Below are positions 27,060 through 41,378 of a DNA stretch of 64,000 nucleotides, piece by piece. The stretch lies in assembly GCF_009914755.1 (NCBI RefSeq), contig NC_060930.1; one strand, written 5' to 3'. Source of the stretch: the human T2T-CHM13v2.0 reference genome, Homo sapiens. Positions within the stretch are counted from its first letter, which is position 1. Each line of letters opens with the position of its first letter. The position numbers were made by a program, and so were the translations under genes. The notes beneath the pieces are model-generated. The model was not told where the DNA came from and did no database searches. It saw only the letters and a list, made by a program, of their open reading frames with translations.

Positions 27060-27870
27060 CTAGCAACAACTATAAATGGCAGAATGTCTATCGTGTGATA
27101 GGCACTCTGTATAATTTTTTTCATTTAATCATTGGAGCAGTTCTATAAATTGTTAAATATTTTTTATTATATAGATGGGCAAACTGAGGCTTAGAAAGAT
27201 TTAGCAGGCTGACCAGGATGACACAGTTAGGAAACATTGTAAATAGGATTCAACCAATTTATGACGCCAAAATGGCTACCTTGTTCACATCTATACACTA
27301 CATTGATAATATAGGAATAGATGTCACCTACTTTAAAAAATCAAACAAGGAAATAAACAATAAAATAGAAATGTAAGAGTACTGGAAGAAAAATAATTTG
27401 CTATAATAAGAGTTCTTAAAGGGTTATTTACAAGTAAGGAGACAGTGATCTAACAGTGAAATAAATACTTGAAAAACACAAGAATGATAAAGAATAAAAA
27501 AGTACTCTAGTAGAATGTTAGCTATTGTCCAGGACTCTTTAAAGTACTTCTATGTTAACTTATTTCATCCTTCTCAATGACGCCATGAGAGAGGTATTAT
27601 TAATAGACCCATCTTACAAATAGGGAAACTGAGGCATTGAGGGGTGAAGCAATGTGCCTAAGTTTACCCTGCCAGTAGGTTGTGAAGCCAGACTTAGAGC
27701 CAGGAGCTTAGCATGAGAGCCCAGCCCCTTCATCTTGGATGTACTGGCCAGAGTTGTAATCCTGTTTCTGCCACTTTCTAATTTTGTGACCCAAAAGACG
27801 TTACTTACTTTTTCAGAGTCATATTTTTCTCATCTGTAAGATAGGGATGATGATACAAAACTTATGAAAT
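27060..27870. mobile_element. Cluster of MIR fragments (both strands)
   Basis: agatgggcaaactgaggcttaga; cccatcttacaaatagggaaactgaggca; ttctcatctgtaagataggg. Confidence 0.7.
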
Positions 27871-29443
27871 TGCTGCAAGAACGACATGTTTGCTGCCTCC
27901 CCCATAATTGGTTCTCAGCAAATGCCATTTCCTTCCAAATTCCTTGCTATTTCCCCTCTTGTTTCTCCCCGTCCTTTCTCTGTCATTCTTGCTTTCTCTT
28001 CTCTTATCCTCCCCCACTTTGGTTCATTAGTGGCTGCCTCATGCGCTCTGGGGCCATTTGCATCCACAAAGGCATCAGGGCTGGCACCCTGCCTTCCAGC
28101 TGGGGGTGGTGCCAAGAGCTTCGAGAACAGTGCTCAGAGTCTTTGCCACACTCAGCTCTTCCCCACCGCTTCATCCAAGGCAATGCCGCCAAAGGTCATT
28201 TCAGTATGAAGTCTGATTGAGGTCCTGGGGTGAGAAAATAGCTGTTGCTCTAAAGATCAGTACTAGTCCAATGGAGAGTTCAAGCAAGTCCCTGCAGGAA
28301 ATGCTGGTACCAGAACTGGGGTTGCTCCAAGACCATCTATTCGGTGACAACACCATTCTCGTCAAGTCTGCTTCTGGATTCGTCTGCATGAGGCCCACAG
28401 AACCAGAGCTGAGGAAATATCAGCTGGGCTGGCACAGTTCTTATTTCTTTCATATCCCCCTTGTCAACAGTTTGAAAGTGAGATGGCTAATTTTGTGCAT
28501 GACAAGAAAGGACGGATCATTTTCTCAGATGCTGTTATCAGCGAAGTCAGAGCTGGTACACTCTCTGAGGGAGTCCCTGAGCCACAGGTTACTGGCAGGC
28601 AGACAAACACTCACTGACAGCCATTTGTGACCAACTATGAAACACCATCTGCTGTGGCTGGGGGGAGGAACAGCTCCAGCAAGTGAAAGACATTGTAGAG
28701 CCTTTTTCCTGTGTTAACTCAGGGCAGACTTTAGGTAGTCCTAAATGAAAAGCAATTTTGTACTCCTGAATAGCATAGATCATGCAGATTTGTACATATA
28801 TAAATTTTAGAATGTTGATGTGTTTCTAGAAGTGCAAATATTCAAATCCATCTTTACATTCAAATGCACACATGAATCCACTGTATCCAGTAAAACAATA
28901 TTATCTGGAAGTGAATACAGTCCAGAACTGAATAAAGTTCCACTGGAGATCTGAACCAAATTGTGCTTAGACATCATTAAAAGAACAACAAAGGCTGAAC
29001 TGATAGGTCTTTGATGTTTTAATATGGGACTTAAAAAATTATATTATTCCCTCACTAGGGATGGAGGTGAAAAGAGTTCTACTTTACAATTCAAGATATA
29101 TGTCGAGAAATGTACGGTGCTTCATCGTGAATAATGGAAACATTATTCAGAAGCAAAAAGACACTTTACTGGGAGGGTTAAGGTCTTCAAGATACTTAGG
29201 AGAAAAGAATCTTCTTGCTCATTAACTTTAATAAGGCATACAGCCAAAAGTGTATGCCAACCCTCTCTCTCTCTGGGTGGAAGTCTGGGCTTTCACTTTT
29301 AGGAGTCTTAATAGTCTTGTCTCATGATTAAGTAATGAGAGCTGGCATCAGTGTATCTGAAGTTTAGCTGATCTTGCATTTATCCTTATAGGCCTAAGGA
29401 AGATCATAAAGCAAATGTTTTAAAGTCAAATATACAAGCAAAT

Positions 29444-29510
29444 TAGATAGATGGTAGATAGATGATAGATAGATAGATACATACATACATACATACATAC
29501 ATACATACAT
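29444..29510. repeat. (GATA)n(CATA)n compound microsatellite
   Basis: Directly visible. Confidence 0.95.
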
Positions 29511-32067
29511 GTTTTCACAGCAGAAAAATGCCAGAGTTACTGATTCTTTGCTTGAACACAGGGCACCTGGCAGGGGTTACAAGGTTTGCTGGAGGCAAAT
29601 ACTTAATACAGATTACAATATCTGCTTTATGTAATCTAGTTCCCAAGTAAAAATTCAGTCCCAACTAAAAATTTAATAGGTTAAAACCTATTGTAATGTT
29701 CATTCTTAGGTCTTTTTGAAGTTTTTAAGATGAAAGAGATGGTGAATGTCTGTCCTTGCATTTCTGTTTCCTACAGCAGAAGAGGAGCTGCTGTTCTAAA
29801 GCTAAAATCCAATAACCTTCCAGTGAAGATCCCAGATTGTCCCTGAAATCTGTGCCTCAGAGGGAGGGGAGGGGCGGAGGTGGCAGGCCAGGCCTCTATG
29901 AATCCCATTACACCAAAGCGTGGGTATGACCTGCTCATGGGAACATAACACATCAGTGATGGAGGATAAGGAAAAAAGATTTAAATGTGCTTTCACTTAT
30001 GGCCGTGCAATATGAAAAACAAATCTAAACATTTGTCTGTAGAATCAGGTGATGATTGGCTGTCGGCTGTCTCAGGGGGAGCAGGGAAATAGTCCATGCA
30101 CCTGCCACCTAATTCAGTTTAAAACCTGACACATTTACCAAGAGTGGGCTGGCATAATGAAGTTCATTCAGGCTGTCAGTGGAGTCAATAACTTATCCCC
30201 AACTGCTTTTGTTTCAGCAGCGGCAGTGCCTCTGATCAGGCTGAGGTACTTATTCAAGTAAAATTTATTTTCAATTGCCGGCCATAATGCCATGGACACA
30301 AGCCTGGCTTTGACAGGACCTTTTGCTCAAGGCTACACTATTGTTAAAGTTTGTGTCCATTGTCTGGGGTCTTTGATCTGTCAAAGCTGCTTAACAAGCT
30401 GGTTAAAAACTGTTTCAGATAACAGGTGTGTCCTTTGAGGGCACAGGGATATTTTTCAGCTCCTTTAAAAGACTAGTTTGAGGACTGACCAAAATTTACA
30501 AGCTGGTTGGTGGTGATATATATAAAGTACTTTTAAAACAAGAAAGTGAGATTTAATGTCTTGACTTCCTTGGGTTTACTGCAACAAGCAACCTTTTTGA
30601 GTGAGAGATTTAAGAGACATGTTTGTTTTTGTTTTGTTTTGTTTTTAAATCAAATCAAGTGTTAAATATATTCGTATGTAGATTTGTATAGAATTAGGGT
30701 CAAAGTTCAGTACACACCAGAGGTGTGAGAAGCCACTGCACGCGCACAGAAAAGCCCGTGGTCCGCCAATAGTCAACCAATTACACCTGAAACTCTGAAA
30801 GGCTTCTAATTTCCGGAAACAGCAACATGCCAGCAGAAGGTGATAGGCATACATGCAGTTGAAAATGTTCTCCTTTTCCAAACTCTAGTACCAGAAAAAC
30901 TAAGATATTACAGAAGTTCTCTTTGGGAGCCAAATTATTTCTTCCTATTAGTTTCAGAAACACCCTTATATTTATCTGGGGGCAAAATGCACCCTCAGCT
31001 GCCTCTTTTCAAATCTATCACAAGCAGTCTTCCCCCTCTCCTCTGTGGCAGTCATTTTGTTTTGGCTGAAGATTAATGGGGCTAAAGAAAAAGGTGGGGC
31101 TTGAACCAGGGGACACAATTGAGTCATTTACACTATTCATCTGCATAAAGCTGCCTCAAGTTCACCAAACTCTCTTTGAAAAAGGACAGAAATCAGAGTG
31201 AGTCTTAACTCTTCTCTGAGACCCTGGCAAAATGCCTTCCATCAAACACCAAACTTGCTAGATATTTATAGGTTAAGTCAGAAGTCGGATTACAATTAAA
31301 GAGCCCAACAGTATCTTTTTAGTCCAAAACCATCTCTGAAGGAAGGAGGCAACAAAATTAACCTAAATGTTTGTTTTCTTCCTAAAACGTTAAGTCTGAA
31401 TGCACCTACTATACCTAAAAGAAGTTTCTTTAACGATCTCTAAAAGAAGGAGTTAACAAAGAAAGTAGGAAATTTATATTTTTAAACATATTTCTTATTC
31501 CCCACACCCCCAAACAAAGCAAAACAAAACAAAACGGAAGGCGCACAATGTGTTTAGAAGTAAAAAACTCCTTAACTACATACAAGAAAGTTCTTACTAC
31601 ATATAAGTGTTTAATAGGTTATAGAGACATTCTCAATCAATGGGAAAGGGACGGGAAAATCAATACATCATTTTGGGGGAATGCAGTTAGCTATGTAGGG
31701 AAAAAGTCAGTTTCAATTCCCACCCTGCACCATCCTCATTAATAATTCCCCAGGTGGAGGCGCTGTAGCTTGAATCTGATCTGAGGCTGTTTAAATTTGG
31801 GCAAGATTATTTGCTTCTCTAAGCATCATTTGTTCTGTTGCTCATTCACAAAAATGGGGACAAGTATTTTAGTTACAGAAAGGGAGTGTTTTAAGGTTGA
31901 AATATGATAATTTTTTTAAAGTAAGTTTGGCCCTTGGTTAGTAATAGTACTTATAATGGAGTCACATTATATAATTACTAATATAAAAGATTAATGAATA
32001 TCATTTATCTGGGTATGGGAGCCCTTGCTAAAAGCATGAAAGTAATCAGAATGAAAGGAATTTATGG

Positions 32068-32123
32068 ATATAACTACATATAACTATAACTATATATAAC
32101 TTATATAACTACATATAACTGTA
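32068..32123. repeat. Degenerate AT-rich tandem repeat (tataactaca-like)
   Basis: tataac core repeated about six times. Confidence 0.7.
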
Positions 32124-33206
32124 AGTCCTCTATGCATTAAACAAAGTAACCAAAATTAAGACAAGAACAAACTTAACAAGATATTTTTAAGATTTGCCAC
32201 CTTTTACTTGGACATCTCACAAATTAATTAGTAAAATACTAAGGTTCCAACCAATAATTCAGTAAAAAACATAAATCTGTAATTCCCACAAAAGGAAATT
32301 TTTTTTTGATCATCGTAACACCAGAGTCTAACTTCTACATGGCACTGGAATTCTGTCAACCTTTTTTACTGTGAAATCTAGGAAAGAATCTATTGCATAG
32401 CAACATACCCCTCAAAATCATTCCTCTTTGCTATCAAAGAAATACAATTTTAAACAAGTGGATAAGAAAACAGTAGTTGTTACTTAAAAAAAAAATCAAC
32501 ATACACACAATTGTTTATTCTAGCTGATTTATAATAGTGAAACTCTGAGAAAGATTAAAATATACAAATACAGACAAATGGCAAGTTTTCATCTTGTAAT
32601 GGGAAGAAACATTCTAATTTTTCTCTAACATTTATTTTAAAGAGAGATCCAAAAAATCTAATTTTACACATTCTGTTTGAACTTTTATAAACCTAAAGGT
32701 ATAAAACACTCTATACTGGGCAGCTTTGCTATTTTCATAAGAATTAGATTTAGAGTGAAACTAAAGAGATGTCAGTCAGGCACTTAATTGTCAACTTTTT
32801 TTTTTCTAATCCTTTCCTATCTCAAGAGTAGGTCAGAACTGTTCCTCACTTGTGATCATACCAAGGAGCATTAACATTTTCCCCTCCCTTGTTTACCACC
32901 CTCCTCATCTTTTCCATCACTCCTTCCCACTCACCCAATACTCCCCGCAACAAATAAATAAGCAAGCAAGCAAGCAAGCTTTTATCTGGAACAAGCAAGA
33001 GTGTATAGAAATCAGTTCACAGAAAATGAGGCTGACTTGTCCATAAAAATATTAAAGGACTTATGACCAGGACAGAATGGAACGACGTTCTGTGCTCTCA
33101 CACAGCAATGGTTCTCCACTCAAGTTCTCTTCCACATCTTCCCTTCCTGAGCAGTTAGTGGAACAAGCCTGGGCCTGCCCAGGAGGTGAAATGATGGTAG
33201 GGTGGG

Positions 33207-34072
33207 TGTACTGAGTTGAGTAGCGCTATGGTTTAAGGGGTCCCCTCCAAAATTCGTGTTTAAACTTGATCCCCATTGTGATCGTATTATGAATGGGGCC
33301 TTTTGGGAAGTGATTAAGGCATGAGGGCTGTGCCCTTGTGAATGGGTTCGTGCCTTATAAAAGGACTGGAGGGAACGGGCTTAGGTCCCTTTTTGCCCTG
33401 TCGTTCCTTCTGCCATGTGAAGACACAGTGTTCGTCTCCTCTACAGAACACGACAACAAGGCACCATCCTGAAAGCAGAGACCAGGCCCTCACCAGACAC
33501 CAAATACTGGTACCTTGATCTTGGACTTCCCAGCCTCCAGAACTGAGAAATAAATTTCCGTTCTTTATAAACTAACCAGATTCAAATATTTGTTACAGCA
33601 GCACAAAAGGACTAGACAAATAGTATCCTCCTTCAGAATTTGTTTCCACCTAGATCCTGTGAATATGATTCTGTTTGGAAATAGGGTATTTGCAGATGTA
33701 ATCAAGTTAAGATGAGGTCACACTGCATTAGAGTGAGCTCTAAATCAATGACTGGTGTCCTTAAAACAAGAGGGAAATTTGCACACACAGACACACAGAG
33801 AGAAGAAAGCCATGTGAAGATGGAGACAGAGATTGAAGTCGCCCTGCCATTAAACATGGAATACCTGGGGCCACCACAAACTGGACAAAACAAGGAAGGA
33901 TTCAGATTCCTCCCTGAAGCCATCAGAGGAAGCACTGCCCTGCCCATATCTTGGTTTCAGATTTCTAGTTTCCAGAGCCATGAGAAAATAAATTTATGGT
34001 TTTTTAAAGCCACCCAGTGTGTGACACTTTGTTACAACAGCTAGTACTAGTACTAGTACAGAAACTAGTGCA
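33207..34072 (+). mobile_element. MLT1C-like LTR interrupted near its 5' end by an MST LTR
   Basis: tttggaaatagggtatttgcagatgtaatcaagttaagatgaggtca...gccatgtgaagatggag...aaagccacccag. Confidence 0.85.
33224..33618 (+). mobile_element. MSTC/MSTD-type LTR
   Basis: ctatggttt...gccttttgggaagtgatt...ccttgatcttggacttcccagcctccagaact; approximate TSD a(g/a)tag. Confidence 0.85.
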
Positions 34073-34610
34073 GTGGGTCTCAAGGGAATGGAGGCAAGAA
34101 ACAAATCCTAGCAGTCTTTCACGTGTTGCATGACTAACAAAAATCATCTTCTAGAGTTGTATTTCTGACATTTGCTGCTTTCATCAATAGATCAGTAGCT
34201 ACCCATTTATCCTTATCTGTCTTCTGCTTGCTCTCAAAGAATCACAGGCGATTAGAAAACAGAACCTTAGGAACATTTATTTCAATGCCCTCATTGCACA
34301 GAGAAGGAAACAGGTTCAGAAGAATGAAGTGTGTCAACCCAGGTCACATAGCTGTGTTGGGGCAGAACTAGCACTGGTAACTTGTTCTTCTGACAGCAAA
34401 TATCATTCCCTCAGTCAGCAAACATTTTCCTTGTGTCTCTATTGTTTGGGGCTCTGATCCCAGCACTTAAGGAAATACAGGAAGAATAAAGAGACAGTCT
34501 CTGCCTTTGGAATTGAATTCTGCATTATGTAATCAGTTGTTTCAACATTTATTACCTTCCCTATAATGAAGCTTTGTGAGGGAAGGGGTTGAGTCTTTGC
34601 TGATCATCCC

Positions 34611-34948
34611 ATATCAGTCAGGATATATAAGGAGAAAGAACAAGAGAGAGACATTTATTTTAAAAAATTGGCTCATACTATTGTGGGGACTGGTAGGTCA
34701 GAAATCTGCAGGGCCGACTGACTGGATTTCTGTGTTACAGTCTCGAGGCAGAATTCCTTCTTCTCTAGGAACCGTCAGATTTTGCTCTTAAGGACTTCAA
34801 CTGATTGGATGGGATCCACCTGTAATGATGGGAGTAATCATCTCCTTTACTTAAAGTCAACTGATTGCAAATATTAATCAAGTCTGCAAAATATTTTCAC
34901 AGCAACCTCAATGTAGTGTTTAGCCACTATAAAATTAACTATCACACA
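34611..34948 (-). mobile_element. MLT2D-like LTR
   Basis: aattggctcatactattgtgggg...cttcaactgattggatg...ttaaagtcaactgattg...taaaattaactatcaca. Confidence 0.75.
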
Positions 34949-35390
34949 TCTCCAGCATCTAAATCCATCTATGCTGGTTCCCACAACCTGGATTTCTCTG
35001 ACCTCCATTTGTCCTTTTAGTCATAGCTCAGTGCCACCCCTCAGTGGAGCCCTCCCTGACTTCCATGACTAAATTTAGTCAACCAAGTCAAACTCAAGTT
35101 GTCATGCTGTTTGGCTTTCTTCATACCTCTTACTGCTGCCTCTGCAGTTTATTTATTGTTCACATGCTCACTTTCTATCTCCTCCCTAGAACAAGGACAG
35201 GGAGCCTTATTTGTCTCGCTCATCACTTTATCCCCAGAGGCAGTTTACTCTAGTGGTTAAGAGCATGGATAGTGAAGGTGGGCTGCATGAGTGTGAATCT
35301 TACATTTGCCCCTTAAAATAGCTGTGCGACTTTGGGAAAGTTACTCAACCTCTGGGCCTTGGCTTTGTCATCCTTAAAACTGCAACAGGG

Positions 35391-35680
35391 GGCCAGGTGC
35401 GGTGGCTCATACCTGTAATCCATGGACTTTAGGAGGCCAAGGTTGGAGGATTGTTTGAGCCCAGGAGTTTGAGACCAGCTTGGGTAACATAGCGAAACGT
35501 CAACTCTACAAAAAATTAGCTGAGTGTGGTGCATGACTGTAGTCCCAGCTACTTGGGAAACTAAGGTGGGAGGATCACCTGAGCCCCAGAAGTTGAGGCT
35601 GCAGTGAGCCGTGATTGCGCCACTATACTAGAACCTGGATGAAGGAGTGAGAGCCTGTCAAAACAAACAAACAAAAAAAC
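35391..35680 (+). mobile_element. AluJ inserted in a MIR (about 35245-35790)
   Basis: ggaggattgtttgagcccagg, ggaggatcacctgagccc; MIR core on both sides. Confidence 0.9.
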
Positions 35681-37660
35681 CTGGAATAATAATGGTATCA
35701 CAAAGGATTGTTGCAATGATTAAATGAGTTGAGGGATATAGAAGAGGGCATGGCATAAGGTTGAGTGCTACATGAGCAATCTACTTACTATGATAGTAGG
35801 ACTTTAGTAAATATATGTTCAAAAAGGTAAGTGAATGGATTGCAATGCCTCTTGGCAACTGGGTAACCAGTGCATCACCATATCTTGCTTTGCTCCACTC
35901 GAACTCCACTCAAACATGAGAATTCTACACTCCCATTGTACTAAATCATCTTTCGAATCCCCTTTGCTCTTTCTGCTTCTAGGCCTTTTTCTATATTGTT
36001 ATTTGGTACCCTGCTTCCTGACCTGACTAACAGCTCCACTGAAATCCCTCTAGACAGGGTTAAATACGCACGGATGCTGATGTTGTAACCTCTATCATAG
36101 AGTTTATTACACTGCTTTGCCATTTGCTTGATTATTTCCCTCTGTGGGACCTTAGTTTTTTGAGTGCTGATATCACATCTTCCTCATTCCCAACTGCACC
36201 CTCAGGACTTAACACAGTGCCCAGAGCAGGGCAAGTTTCATCAAATGGGTGAACAACTGTAGGAAAAAAATTGCTAGGACACCTGATGACCCTTTGGAAA
36301 CAAGAGCTCACCATGGAGGCAGTGGACACTGCCACAGCATTATGAAAGTGACCAGCAACAGGACATGGCCACCTAGAGAAAGGAGAGGGAGAAGTCAAGG
36401 AAAAAGGTTAAAAGGATATTCATGAAGATTTAGGACATCTGTTAGGAACAACAGATTTGGAGTGAGACAGCATGGGGTTCAAAATTCAGCTCTACCATTT
36501 ACTGGCTGTACACCTTTTCCGAGTTACTTAACCTCCCTACTCCTCACCCTCATGACCTATGGAAGGGACCTACTTATGCTATCTTGCCAAACTGTTGCGA
36601 GAAACCAGTGATATAACAATGGGTGTTTCTCATCAATGGCAGCTACTCTCAAACAACATAACACATGGAAATAGAGCATTCAGGGTAATAGGGTGACTCC
36701 TCTTAATGATGTGATTAAGTCACAAAGTTACTTTCCACTCCAAAATGTGTCTAGAGTCACATGTGTTAAAAAAAAAACCGTATTCAATGTAGCTATGTTT
36801 TTTTAAAAAAACAGAAATAAATGTATACAGACTTTGTGATTTTTGTATTACATGGTTTTGAAATCTCATAGATGGAAGGCTAACTACAGGTCATCTTAGG
36901 CAACCACCCATCCAGAGCTTGACTCTTCTCTAGAGCAGTTCTCATTCATTGATTTGCAAAATGCTCTTTATGCACCTATCATGTTCCAGACTCTACTGTC
37001 TTGGACCTGCTGTAAGGGGTTTACATTCCAGTGGCAGAGGGACAGGCAATTGGCCCAGGTGGTGGGTGCTGTGAGGGGAAGTACGTCATGCTGGGGGAGC
37101 ACACAGGATGGGAAACTGCCACTGGCCCAGGCTTCCCAGTGAAGTGAGAGTAAGCTGGGAAGTGAAGTCTGACTAAGAATAGGCTGGGCAAGGGAGAGGC
37201 ATGGGGTGGGAACAAGCACTTTCCATAATGGGCACGGCATGTGCACAGGCCTGAAGGTTTGGAAGAGGGTACTGATGCCGGAAAGGCTTCCATTTAAATT
37301 TGAATCCATCTGCAAAATGTTCTTTCAGGATAATCAAAAAGCTCCTTCTTGAAGAGATTTCCTACTACCTACTGTTTAAGACCCTGAACGGTAGGTATGT
37401 AATGTTGTAGAATATATAATGTAGTAAAATGTAATGATGAGCACTATTTCTGGGGCTTTATGATTGGGGGGAACTTGCTTCTCAGCCCAGAGTAATCAAG
37501 CACTAAATTTCTTCAAGTCAGGAGTCAGAAAGCTTGGGAATTCCAACTTATGTTTCATAATTTCAAGGTTGAAGAAATAGAGTAAAAAGATAATATTATA
37601 GCAACTCCAAGAGGCCTGCATATACACATATCTCTTCTCCTACCAACACTCTACCACCTA

Positions 37661-39080
<1,420 letters not shown>

Positions 39081-39135
39081 AAATGATGATGACAGGGTGC
39101 CAAACACTGAGATGAACGCACTTATCTCAGCCCTC

Positions 39136-39625
39136 TGTCAGGAGACAACCCTCCAAAGGTCTCTTGCATTTCTGTGAATATTGTGATCAGAGACACTGAC
39201 AAATTTCATTCTGGACTGTCTACTCATAGGTGCTTGTATAGGAAATAGCCTTAGAAGATGGAGACAGTGTCTCCCTCTGGGGTAGAAGGCATGTTTGTTT
39301 GCTACATGGGATACTAAAGATAATGTCTCATTCCAAAGCAAATGTTGGGCAGATTTGTTGGAAGCCCATTATAAAAGCTTGGGGTTTTCTGAGCTCAAGC
39401 TTTCTCAGATGCAACTCAATCCACTGCATGTGCAGCATCTCCCTCTGTACTGCCTTCCTGGGAATTAAGGAGCAAGAGGAGTGTAAACATGAAGCTCATG
39501 ATACTTTCTGTGCCATGAGAAATCAAGTCCTTTGTTTCTGACCCAGGAGTCTCATGTCTTCTGCCAGCATCTGTGAAACCACAGCAGTCGTCTTTTGAAC
39601 CTGCAAGTAAGGTAAAATCTCAGAA
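39136..39625 (+). mobile_element. LTR47-like ERVL LTR
   Basis: tgtcaggagacaaccctcca...tctcttgcatttctg...tctgacccaggagtctcatgtcttctgccagcatc. Confidence 0.7.
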
Positions 39626-39689
39626 TCTGTATTTCTAACAAGGTCTCAGATGATGTTGATGCTGTTGGGCCAGAGAACATGATAACCAC

Positions 39690-39875
39690 TGGTCTAAGTC
39701 ATACCAAATGTGTGGCCTGGGGAAGTTACTTAACTTTCTGTGCCTCAGTTTCTTTATCTGAAAAAATGAGAATAATGATACCAACTTCACAGGCTTGCAG
39801 TGAGAATTAAATGAGCTAATATGTGTCAAGTGTTTAAAACCATGACTGGCACATACTAAGCACTTTGTGTTTGCT
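39690..39875 (+). mobile_element. MIR
   Basis: ggaagttacttaactttctgtgcctcagtttctttatctg...tgagaattaaatgag. Confidence 0.8.
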
Positions 39876-41166
39876 GTGATTATCTATATAAATACATTCC
39901 TTAAGTCGACACAAGCTGGTAAAGCATAAATAGCCTCTACCATAATACCCCTATCACCTAGGAAAGCACTCTTATGACAATGCTGCTTTTGAAAGTTAAA
40001 GCACCTCTGAATGGCTTTGGTTCTGGAACACACTTCTGCATAGCTCATTTTTTTGTAACAATACAGGCTGGAAATGAAGATATGAAAAGAGGGTTGGGGG
40101 CTTCCTAGAAACCAAAACTAGTTGGAAGAGCAGGCAGATTGTGTGTGCAAGGACTTTGCAAGAAGGCCAGGAGAATGTAAACCCTATGTTTCCCTAAAGC
40201 AATGAAGTAGCCAGTGGAAGTGGGCAAATAGAGGGGCGTGATCACATGGAATGAAAATAAAGGCTGGAAGCAGAGAGGTAGAGAAGATAGCAAAAAGATG
40301 ACTAGATAATTGAGAAGCAAGATAGAGGAATAGAGGAAGAAAGGAAAACTGAGGAGGAAGAACAAGGAGAAAAAGGGAATCTCCCATAAATCTTTTATCT
40401 CTTGGAAGTACGTAGGCATGGTCCTTTTTCTAAGTACTATTGTAATGACCTAAAGCCTATATAAGTGAAGAATAAACCAATAAGAGTAATTCTTGATGCC
40501 AAGTTACCACCAGAAATGTTTTCCATTTTTAAAAAGTGGCCACCACGTTCCTTGCCTTACCTGCCCCACTTAATCCTTTTCATCCCTGCCCTGCAGATTC
40601 TGCCTTGCCATTGCTTACTTCTGACCTCTTTCTTTCAAGCCTAAAGTATAGGGAAACATGGAATGTTTCATTGAATATTCTAGAGTCAACAAAGTAGAAC
40701 ATCCTTGCATACCATAATGGTATATATTTTAGATGAGCAACCTTTATATAAAATTTCAAAGGAAGTTAATTCTAGAAAAAGAAAAGAATCTATAATGGTC
40801 AAGTAAATAATTATAAGAAAAACATCTCACCTCTCAATGTTCCCTCAGATGAAGTCTAGGTTCTCTGCAGTGAGAGTTCATAGGAACCAAAATTTAGAAA
40901 ATTTAGCACTGTCCTGCTGATCTCTTCTACCCCTTCCTCCAGGTATTCCAGCACTGTCAGCATCAGCCACTTCAGGGCCAAATTAGTATGAAACCTGGCT
41001 GAGGTTTAAATAAAATTATTTCTAAAAAATATTAGGTCTCTCCATTTTTAATGTAATTTCTTGTGTTGAGATCTAGTATTTACTGTGAAAAATACACTAA
41101 ATGTTTCTTAGTATTTTCTACTTAAAAACCTGCTGATAGCAATAATGATGAAAAGTTACTAGTCAA

Positions 41167-41378
41167 ATAAAGATGGGAACATCAAACATTGGGGACTACC
41201 AGTGAGGGGAGGGTGGGAGTGGGGCGAGGGCTGAAAAGCTACCTTTTGAGTACTATGCTCACTACCTGGGTGACAAGATCATTCGTACACCAAACCTCAG
41301 CAACACGCAATTCACCCATGCGACAAAGGTGCACACGTACCACCCGAAACTAAAATAAAAATTGAAAAAAAAAAAAAA
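41167..41378 (+). mobile_element. Short 5'-truncated L1PA/PB 3' end
   Basis: G-rich L1 3' UTR with poly-A; 17-bp TSD gaaaagttactagtcaa at 41150-41166 and 41379-41395. Confidence 0.93.

Noticed and set aside
28217-28630. 137-aa ORF / possible processed pseudogene or L3-CR1 remnant
   Set aside because: Non-ATG start, no recognisable protein, no poly-A or TSD; only a weak ~30-bp resemblance to L3
31748-31765. Possible CTCF site (ccaggtggaggcgctg); also ~29873-29886
   Set aside because: Several mismatches to the core consensus; cannot be supported without PWM scoring or ChIP
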